From contig CATNEN010000007.1 in the NCBI GenBank assembly GCA_950097015.1, positions 10,168,001 through 10,232,000 on the forward strand: a stretch of DNA of 64,000 nucleotides, given 5' to 3'. The first letter of the stretch is position 1. The number at the start of each line of letters is the position of its first letter. Position numbers and translations under genes: made by a program. Below, piece after piece: positions 57,601 to 64,000 of this stretch. The notes beneath the pieces are model-generated. The model saw nothing but the letters and a program-made list of their open reading frames with translations. It was not told where the DNA came from and did not search any database. This stretch comes from Macrostomum hystrix. Its lineage: Eukaryota; Animalia; Platyhelminthes.

Positions 57601-59040
57601 CACAGGTGGTGAATAATTCAGTTTTCGACCTTCCTTTTTTAGATTTCTGGTCTGCGATGCAGAGGCGACGCAAGAAATATAATGGACTTCTATAATGACT
57701 TCTAGACTTCACGGGGGTATTAAAAATAACCACATTTTTTCTTTTTCCTATATCTACTAAAATACCCAACCAATCGCATGAAGGCCCAGAAGATGGACTA
57801 AATTTTCCGATCTATCCGATGAAACAAGTTCTAGAACTGTTCTGTTCTGTTCTGTACTGTACTGTTCTGTACTGTTCTGTACTGTTCTGTACTGTTCTGT
57901 ACTGTTCTGTACTGTTCTGTACTGTACTGTACTGTTCACATTGTTACGACTAATAATAGTATTGAACCAATATGAATACCAGGGGGTCAGTAGGAGAGTG
58001 GTTAATGCATTTGCCTCTCGCACCAAGGTCCCTGAGCTCGATTCCGCAGCGAGGCCACATTGTTTTAAAGAAGGCTTGGCGGCTAGTCGTGCAATTTACG
58101 CCCTTGAGGGCCAACCTCCAGTGAAAGTGTACACTGCCTGATGATGAGAAAGTCAGGGCAGATGTACACACCTGTGTGAGCGTGTGCCTGCGTACGGTGT
58201 CTGTGCGCATGTGTGCTCAGGAGTCAGCGAAATAGGCAGAATTGCCTCCTCACAAAATGATGTGCCATTGCCCGCAGCCCTTCTGCAAATAACATAAATT
58301 ATAATATGAATTCGCCAAATAGGTTTATACAGAACAATGTTAGTTGTTCTTGTCACCAGGGTCATCGACAAGAATCGCTGAATATCTTGACGATGCTGAA
58401 GTCGGACAGTTTTGAAAGTTATTTCATCATAAAGAGCGGAAATGTTTTGGAAGCTATCGAGAAGTTGGCAGTGGGCATTTAAGTTCCCCCCGGTCTTTCT
58501 ACTGTTAACAATCAGCGATACAAGCAGACGCACGCAAGCCCACCTGGCCGCGATGCACAGCGGGGTGCCATCCGGGCTGTCCAGTTCCAGGTTGACGCCA
58601 CGCATGCCCAGCAGGTCGGCCAGGCGGCCAGCATCGCCCCGGCTGCACCAGTGGTGCACCAGCCGTTGGGCGTTGATGTTGACGGCGATGAGGTCCTGAA
58701 CGTCGCGCCCTCCGGCCATGCGCCAGCTCTCGGTGTAGAACTGCTCCCGGGAGATTCGCCTGTCGGGCTCCTCGGCCTTGAAGTAGGACAGGACCAGGTC
58801 CAGCAGCCGGTTCAGGTCTAGCAGGCGGAGCAGGAATCGGAGGCACAGGGTTGCTGATAACTGCTTAATTAAACAGAGCTAATTTTGCATGCATTAGCGA
58901 GGGTGCAGATATGAAGTTGAAGCGCAGGAGGGGAGGCCTGCCCAGATATATATCCGAGGACTTGTACGCCACGGGCAGGGGGAGAGGGGCCAGACTGGCC
59001 GGCTGTTCACCGGAGACTCACCCAGAGAAATTGCGGCCAT
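18370..59040 (-). CDS. LRRK1: LRRK1-like Roco kinase (ANK-LRR-ROC-COR-kinase-WD40-like), 22 exons, about 2145 aa
   Basis: Exons 59040-59022, 58817-58544, 54629-53916, 53548-53266, 53031-52890, 52365-52166, 52043-51925, 50848-50736, 49487-49390, 49284-49024, 48586-48377, 48224-47884, 47477-47386, 46863-46736, 45046-44901, 43856-43178, 42381-42065, 41513-41015, 40942-40718, 33931-33554, 20400-19773, 18941-18370. All are GT-AG and phase-compatible (6438 nt). Kinase motifs GEGSFG, VAAK, YRDLK, DYG, GTPGYIAPE. Linkage of the last two exons is inferred. Confidence 0.85.
18979..19752. repeat. 20-24-bp minisatellite ACCTGCACCTGTGCAC(AC)n filling LRRK intron 21
   Basis: Tandem units between exons 21 and 22. 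Confidence 0.95.
19773..20400 (-). CDS. LRRK-like exon 21 (beta-propeller/WD40-like)
   Basis: gtgcAG acceptor in phase 0, matching exon 20. Beta-strand-rich sequence. GTGAGG donor. Confidence 0.7.
20470..20731. repeat. 21-22-bp minisatellite GGGATCTCAAAGCTGTCAGTT
   Basis: About 12 units. Confidence 0.92.
22397..22960. repeat. 34-bp purine-rich minisatellite
   Basis: GAGGGGAGAAATGAGGATGGGAGGAGACGGAGGA units. Confidence 0.93.
23617..23671. repeat. (CAG)n microsatellite
   Basis: About 17 triplets, intronic. Confidence 0.9.
26291..27626 (+). CDS. MPPED1/2 (239FB)-like metallophosphoesterase-fold protein, probably catalytically inactive; nested in LRRK intron 20
   Basis: Exons 26291-27075 and 27347-27626 (phase 2). 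MPPED-like motifs RIAHVSDT, DVLVHTG, PHKYKIFVAG, IYLQDS, GVRFYGTPW, WSNIPDGVD, RPKL. AATAAA at 28293. Confidence 0.85.
28607..29560. repeat. 17/19-bp minisatellite ACTGCAACACTGACACT(CT)
   Basis: About 50 units. Confidence 0.95.
32668..33493. repeat. 36-bp minisatellite CTGGTCCTTCAATGAGCGCATCCTCGGCCACTCCGC
   Basis: About 23 units with no spacers. Confidence 0.95.
33554..33931 (-). CDS. LRRK-like exon 20 (kinase C-lobe)
   Basis: VDVYSFGMLLYELIIGDRPF...CWRQSPGARPTA. GTAAGC donor at 33553. Confidence 0.9.
33975..34683. repeat. 22-bp minisatellite CAGAATCCCGAATCATCCATTA
   Basis: About 32 units next to the exon 20 acceptor. Confidence 0.95.
35925..37185. repeat. 23-bp minisatellite ACTGTAGGCTGTGAGGAGTGCCA
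   Basis: About 55 units. Confidence 0.95.
38231..38657. repeat. 24-bp minisatellite TAGTGGCTGAGAGAATACATGAGA
   Basis: About 18 near-perfect units. Confidence 0.95.
39567..40680. repeat. 25-bp minisatellite ACTAAAATGAGGATCTAAATCCCAA
   Basis: About 44 units next to the exon 19 donor. Confidence 0.95.
40718..41513 (-). CDS. LRRK-like exons 18-19 (kinase core)
   Basis: VAAK, REANVLQSLRHP, ELAPLGSL, YRDLKTDNVL, KLGDYGT, GTPGYIAPE. Confidence 0.93.
41582..42042. repeat. 22-bp minisatellite ACAGTCACTCCAACAGCACAGG
   Basis: About 21 units filling intron 17. Confidence 0.95.
42065..47477 (-). CDS. LRRK-like exons 13-17 (COR domain to kinase glycine loop)
   Basis: AIDFMHELGILLH, RVYRFPYCPPGLWPRL, VDEVDLLLETWFPGL, VPCPEC, DLVPELLFAD, LLGEGSFGSVYKA. 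Confidence 0.88.
42443..43110. repeat. 23-24-bp minisatellite CAGATTATCCCCCTGCAAATCTCA
   Basis: Fills intron 16. Confidence 0.93.
43915..44840. repeat. 30-bp minisatellite TGGGASAGTGTCTGTAGGAGATGGGGTGTG
   Basis: Fills intron 15. Confidence 0.95.
45161..46710. repeat. 20-bp minisatellite (GACTA/ACTGT)CCAAAACTGTTAGAT
   Basis: About 75 units filling intron 14. Confidence 0.95.
47034..47371. repeat. 28-bp minisatellite CTAATGCACACACTGCTGTCTGGTCACT
   Basis: About 12 units in intron 13. Confidence 0.93.
47545..47832. repeat. 43-bp tandem repeat
   Basis: AAATCCCAATCTAGAACCAACTTCCCAATAGCTCATAAATCCC units in intron 12. Confidence 0.88.
47884..49487 (-). CDS. LRRK-like exons 9-12 (degenerate ROC domain)
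   Basis: LKLVVAGNGDNDRRSL, LTKHTLYLLLWD and LLTIQARAPKSFVIAVG match the ROC scaffold by position and sequence. Confidence 0.8.
48610..48946. repeat. (ATA)n and (CTA/CTG)n microsatellites
   Basis: Located in intron 10. Confidence 0.92.
49790..50512 (+). CDS. Intronless PHD-finger plus RING-finger protein (PHRF1/SCAF11-type RING), nested in LRRK intron 8
   Basis: PHD: CVGC...CSEC...H...C...CRLC. RING: CSVC...C..HRFCPPCLRDW...CPLDR. TATATAAA near 49654 and AATAAA at 50703. Confidence 0.82.
   Translation: MHRQTIDEPPKQPPCAPAPAKLPRKRSHAEANAEATTSASSSSGSHAGSSTSRRRSDCGLGDDQEVLGNNLATTLLSCVGCESAIRAGEEMMQCSECLLACHAAPLCVTGAFTNNSSSAGLVCRLCLRATIVSDAPASADGDEASVSAADIAQGIGLVTNECSVCLEPLPHDRVAAPDCCPQHRFCPPCLRDWASRHRICPLDRRPFNQILICSGQLPGAVLCKEGPRVPKRRASRDEHH
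50736..53548 (-). CDS. LRRK-like exons 4-8 (LRR domain)
   Basis: Repeated LxxLxLxxN motifs: LQLNLSQN, LQILDLSDN, LELSKN, LRELRLSDN, LFELDLAGN, LHRLFLSDN, LETLDISGN. Confidence 0.88.
51043..51865. repeat. 28-bp minisatellite GATGACTCATCATCCACCTCAGATCCCT
   Basis: About 29 units in intron 7. Confidence 0.95.
52452..52850. repeat. Same 28-bp minisatellite in inverted orientation
   Basis: GATCTGAGGTGGATGATGAGTCATCAGG units in intron 5, the reverse complement of the 51043 array. Confidence 0.93.
53572..53910. repeat. (GAGAG)n pentanucleotide tract
   Basis: Fills intron 3. Confidence 0.95.
53916..54629 (-). CDS. LRRK-like exon 3 (ANK to first LRRs)
   Basis: Ankyrin-like helices followed by LRLLDVSRNNIASL. 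Confidence 0.85.
54650..57291. repeat. 24-bp minisatellite GTTAGATTCCACTGTCTAACAGG(T)
   Basis: About 110 units with an internal inverted repeat TGTTAGA/TCTAACA. Confidence 0.95.
57836..57937. repeat. 10-bp repeat CTGTACTGTT
   Basis: Tandem units. Confidence 0.88.
57978..58302 (+). mobile_element. tRNA-derived SINE-like insertion
   Basis: A-box-like TAGGAGAGTGG (57991) and B-box-like GAGCTCGATTCC (58034), an A-rich tail, and the direct repeat AATATGAAT at 57969-57977 and 58303-58311. Confidence 0.6.
58544..58817 (-). CDS. LRRK-like exon 2 (ankyrin region)
   Basis: Ends DGTPLCIAAR, which joins HGKVEAVDLLLKAGA in exon 3 to form a canonical ankyrin repeat. Confidence 0.8.
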
Positions 59041-61253
59041 CCTGCCGGCTTCCTGTGGCTATTGGCCCGGCCTGAGAGATTCGGGTCAGATTAGCGGCCA
59101 GTCAGGCAGAGGCGCTGCGCAGGGAACCGAAGGCAGCCACAGTTTGCTATTTAGCCTTTGAACAGCAGCGTGCAGCCAGTGAGGTAGGGTATACACGTGC
59201 GCACAGCTTGCAAATTGTTGGGGGCGTGGCATAACTCATAGAATTTAGTTCACCTAGTTCCGCTCACACAACGTATAGTTTCATTACAGTTGAAAGGCCT
59301 TTAAATAGTTTTTTAAACTGAACCTTTGTCGCCATACTCAAAAATAGACATAATAAATGACAGTTGACATCGAGATGTTAATAATTAAAACCTTTTAAAC
59401 AAGATCATGTCATGCAAATAATTCTGTTTTAATAATACAGTACATAAATTCAATTTTTTATTAGCTGCCTAGTTAAGTAAGAAAGTGATGTTTTTCTTTG
59501 GAAAAAATGAGAATAAAAGCAAATAGAAATAATAGATATAAATATAATGCAAAAGTGTATTTTTCCTTGCATCATTCCTTCAACAATTACCAGCTTCTTG
59601 GTTTACATGCTAAATGGTTGTAATTTCGAGTTTTCATCCACGTACTACAGAAACGTAAAAAAGCAGCTCATCCCTTTTGTTTAATTACTTTCAAATGATG
59701 TAATGAACACTTACGGAAATTACGAGTTCATAGGCATAATAAATAAATGAGTTTGCCTAAGCAATTATTTTATATAAAGTAAGGAATAATTTAAAGAAAA
59801 TAAATTAAAACAATCCACATTAACTACTCTTTAGTAATTTGTATAATGAAATGTTGTATGATGTTTACAAAAACTATACTGCAAAGTCTTTTTTGGCCTT
59901 TTCCCAAGAGACAACATTTTTCTTACAACAAATATAAAAATACAAAGATTTTTTGTCTGGTAGTTAGCGCCGGATGATTATTGACGAAATATAATAATAT
60001 TTATAACAGAAAGCAGTGTCTCTAACTAAAAAAATAACGCCTTTCATTTAAATGCCACGTAAAATAAAAAAAATCCAGGATGATAGTGTTCATCTGTTAC
60101 TTTTCTTGTAAAATTCTGTGAATACTGATAATTTGAATCTCGTCGGTTTAAAATAGATTAACAAACTTTTTGGTTAATATTTAGATTTTCTTGCATAAAC
60201 TGGTCAAGAAAATAAAAAAGCACTATTGTAAATGGTTTATAGAAGTGTAAACGAAAATTCAATATTAAGTCTGAAAGTCGAAAAGTCATTCATTAGGTTA
60301 AACAAACTCTGCATGGCTTCAGCTCACCCAGCTGCTAATATTACCTGAACTGTATCACTTTACCTGAAGTAAATCTAGAGCATAGTAGCTTAAGTGTGCT
60401 TTAGGACCAAGGACCACGAAAGTGTAACTATAGAACAGTGCATGGTCTTACACATTAGCGCTGTCAATCTTTAAAAAAAATCTAAAAAGACGTAGAAAAT
60501 AGAATCAACATAATATATTTTAATTTACAACAATTTTCTAAAACGCGCAGCATTTTTATCATAATTATCATGATCATGATCATGATGTCATTAAAAAATC
60601 ATGATAGTGACAGCTGATCACCAAGATCGTTACGTTATATATATGTGCATGTACCATGCATGCATGATAACCGATAATTATTTCCGCTCTGCTCACGCGT
60701 TCCGCATGCGCTTTGCCAAGATCACACGCAGAGAGGGAAGTATACTGCTGCGCATGCAGATTGTGCTATTTTTCTCAGAGGTCAAGCTGGTCATGAACAT
60801 AAAACATTTAATTGACCTTGAATTATTTAAACTTCCTTCCTTCCATTGAACTAAGCATATTTTCTATATTTGCGAGCATTCAGGGTGACACCTCTCATCA
60901 GCTGGTTACAGCCAGCACTGTGTCGATTTTGCGCAGGTGCGTGCGAACGAGCTCCAATCAAGTAGCTATTGCATGGAGATAAGCAGCTATAAAATACAAA
61001 TTAATTTTCAACTCTCACATGCAAAATGCTCAATGCAAACAGAAACGAACTGATAAAGACTGATAAAAAATACTTTTATGATACGAACGCAGATAATATG
61101 TGCGATGCCAACTGATCGACGGAGTCAAAAGTGCTGTACATGTGTTGCTTTAAAACGTCGCTTCGGATTTTTTTAATAAACAGTAACAGTCATATTCTGC
61201 CCAACAAAAATTTAAATTATTACGAAAAGAAGCACTGCTGTGAGAGTCTGGTC

Positions 61254-62259
61254 ATGTCCAGTCATGAGAATCAGGTGGCCATTGTCACCGGAGCGAACTC
61301 CGGCATCGGCCTGGAGGTGACGAAGCTGCTGGCCAGCAGCGGCTTCATCGTGGTGATGGCCTGCCGCAGCCTGGACAGAGCCAATCAGGCGGTGGCCGCG
61401 ATGCAGAACGAGACCACCGCGCTGAGGAGCAGCGGCTCCTTCGTGCCCATGAGGGTGAGTGGTCGGCTAAGTCATATTTGTCATCCGAGCTCACATGGTG
61501 GACGTCAACCTGTAACCAGGCACCTTTTGAAGCCTTAAAATGTGGTGAGATTTTGCAAGCGCAATTTTCCCAACTGATTTACAGCTGGACCTGAGCGACT
61601 ACGAATCTGTGCGGGAATTCGCGAGAAAGTTTCTGGCCAAGTTCCCCCGCCTGGATGTGCTCATCAACAACGCGGGATACGCTGAGGAATTCACAAAGAA
61701 GCAGCGCAACTTGAACGACAAGGGCCACGAAATGACCATCGCCACCAACCACCTGGGCCACTTCCTGCTCACCAACCTGCTGCTGCAGCGCCTGAAGGAC
61801 ACCGCCAGCAGTCACGGAGCTGCCCGCATCCTCATCGTGAGCTCGGACATCCACCTGAGCAGATTCGGCATGAAGCCGCTGGACTTTGACGACCTGCTCA
61901 TGGAGAAGCCGGGCGCTTACAACGGCGGCCAGGCCTACAAGAGCTCCAAGACCATGAATGTGCTGCACTGCCGCAAGCTGGCCCGGCTGCTCCACGGCTC
62001 CAACGTGTTCGTGAACTCCCTGCACCCCGGCTTCATCCCGAGCACCGGCTTCTTCTCCGGCTGCATGCGCTGCTGCTTCATCTGCTGCTTCAGCGGCCTT
62101 TGCTGCTGCTGCCGCATCACCCGCAGTCCGCAGGAGGCCGCCGGCCACATGTTCAACATCGCCACCGGCGTGCCGCCCTACGACGACACGACCGGCCTGT
62201 ACTTTTACGACGGCAGGTCCAAGCAGACGTCCGAGGAGGCGTCCCTGCCGGCCAACTAG
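61254..62259 (+). CDS. Retinol dehydrogenase-like SDR, copy 1; TAG 13 codons before the paralogous stop
   Basis: Exons 61254-61454 and 61585-62259. Motifs TGANSGIG, NNAG, NHLGHFLL, YKSSK. The homologous frame continues to TGA at 62298. AATAAA at 62366. Confidence 0.85.
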
Positions 62260-62818
62260 GACCGGCTGTGGGAGTGGAGCGAGGCCGTCACTGCTTGAAG
62301 CCGATGGCCTAAATAACATCCAGACTTCTTCAAGTTTGCGTGTAAAATTTACATTCTTCTAATTGAATAAAGTGGAAAGCATGCGAGACACTCGCTTAGC
62401 TGTTTAATTCGCAAGCTTGATCAAATCATTCTTGGCCAGTAAAATAAATTGGAAACGCATCGAAGAAGCAATGGACAATGGCTTGTCATTCTGGAGCAGG
62501 CCAGTCTCAGCAAAATCGAGGCATAGCTTGGGTTCATTATTGAGTGTATGTGCAAAAAAATGTTCGAATTTGAACAAGGCAAGTGAGGCAGGTAATTGTA
62601 CAGCAATGACACTTTTAAATGGCTGCATTCAAAGTCAAGGCAGATGAGTATTCAAACGGATAGTAAAAGGACAAGCTGCCAGAATTGTTAAGGCAATTTC
62701 AAGCCTGCAAAAGCAGAGGGATAAACAATGCCAAGATTTGTAAATTTGCGAGGAAATATTTAAAATGACATGCCAAGCAAATTAGGACTGAAAAGCTGAG
62801 GCCGACTAAAACGGAGCT

Positions 62819-63825
62819 TCAGGCAGTGACGGCCTCGCTCCACTCCCACAGCCGGTCCTCGTTGGCCGGCAGGGACGCCTCCTCCGAGATCTGGCTAGAC
62901 AGGCCGTCGTAAAAGTACAGGCCGGTCTTGTCGTCGTAGGGCGGCACGCCGGTGGCGATGTTGAACATGTGGCCGGCGGCCTCCTGCGGACTGCGGGTGA
63001 TGCGGCAGCAGCAGCAAAGGCCGCTGAAGCAGCAGATGAAGCAGCAGCGCATGCAGCCGGAGAAGAAGCCGGTGCTCGGGATGAAGCCGGGGTGCAGGGA
63101 GTTCACGAACACGTTGGAGCCGTGGAGCAGCCGGGCCAGCTTGCGGCAGTGCAGCACATTCATGGTCTTGGAGCTCTTGTAGGCCTGGCCGCCGTTGTAA
63201 GCGCCCGGCTTCTCCATGAGCAGGTCGTCAAAGTCCAGCGGCTTCATGCCGAATCTGCTCAGGTGGATGTCCGAGCTCACGATGAGGATGCGGGCAGCTC
63301 CGTGACTGCTGGCGGTGTCCTTCAGGCGCTGCAGCAGCAGGTTGGTGAGCAGGAAGTGGCCCAGGTGGTTGGTGGCGATGGTCATTTCGTGGCCCTTGTC
63401 GTTCAAGTTGCGCTGCTTCTTTGTGAAGGCCTCAGCGTATCCCGCGTTGTTTATGAGCACATCCAGGCGGGGGAACTTGGCCAGAAACTCGCTGGCAAAT
63501 GTTCGCACGGATCCGTAGTCGCTCAGGTCCAGCTGAAAGTTTAGAAACGCGGCGCAGGGAGAGCAGCTGAGTCACTCAGAGCTGAGCGAGCGAACAAGAA
63601 CAGGACATTGGGGCTGGCGCATACCTTCATGGGCACGAAGGAGCCGAAGGTCCGCAGCGAAGCGGTCTCGCTCTCAATGCTGGCGATGGCCTGGCCGGCT
63701 CTCTCGAGACTCCGGCAGGCCATCACCACGGTGTAGCCGCTGGCTCCCAGCAGCTTCGTCACCTCCAGGCCGATGCCGGAGTTCGCTCCAGTGACAATGG
63801 CCACCCGACCTTCGTGACTGGCCAT
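62819..63825 (-). CDS. Retinol dehydrogenase-like SDR (RDH11/12/13-type), copy 2, 304 aa
   Basis: Exons 63825-63625 and 63532-62819. Same motifs as copy 1, with the intact C-terminus EDRLWEWSEAVTA. Confidence 0.92.
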
Positions 63826-64000
63826 GCTGCTGGAAAATGACGTCAACGTCCAAATCAGGTGCTGTTCGAACTTCGAGGTACACACTTAAATTGTCCTTTA
63901 GTAAAAAATAAAAACAATTCTCTATGCTTGTCAATCTTTCTAGAATCACGAAAAATGTCCTAAATCACCGAGTCTATTTTCAATTGTACTCGTACATCGG

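Noticed and set aside
57982-58056. Functional tRNA gene
   Set aside because: The anticodon stem pairs poorly and the T-loop reads CTCGA. It fits a SINE head better.
58138-58245. Hammerhead ribozyme (CTGATGA...CGAAA)
   Set aside because: I could not build stems I and III with a UH cleavage site, and CTGA is sequestered in a hairpin. An Infernal search would settle it.
59200-60600. AT-rich block as a transposon or foreign DNA
   Set aside because: No terminal repeats, TSD or ORF seen. Likely intergenic sequence between divergent genes.
61254-62298. Calling SDR copy 1 a definite pseudogene
   Set aside because: Catalytic motifs and splice sites are intact, only 13 residues are lost, and the stop could be an error.

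Overview
Eukaryotic (animal) genomic DNA with spliceosomal GT-AG introns, GC-rich exons and about 30 minisatellite arrays. This style resembles the flatworm Macrostomum, but that is inference only. Most entries in the ORF track are artefacts of repeats. By joining exons on splice signals and codon phase I reconstructed six genes. (1) A Myt1/NZF-family C2HC zinc-finger gene (+, 100-14567, 7 exons, about 806 aa). (2) A 22-exon LRRK1-like Roco kinase (-, 59040-18370, about 2145 aa, ANK-LRR-ROC-COR-kinase-WD40-like). Its kinase motifs are intact, but the ROC GTPase G1, G3 and G4 motifs are all degenerate. (3) An MPPED-like metallophosphoesterase, nested antisense in an LRRK intron, that has lost nearly all metal ligands and ends in a CaaX-like motif. 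(4) An intronless PHD+RING gene, also nested antisense in an LRRK intron. (5, 6) A tail-to-tail pair of RDH-like SDR genes sharing a ~500-bp identical tract; one copy has a late nonsense codon. Other notable elements: a tRNA-headed SINE with a 9-bp TSD, a tandem array of RFX X-box sites, and one minisatellite present in inverted orientation on both sides of LRRK exons 6-7. Repeat coordinates and copy numbers are approximate, read by eye.
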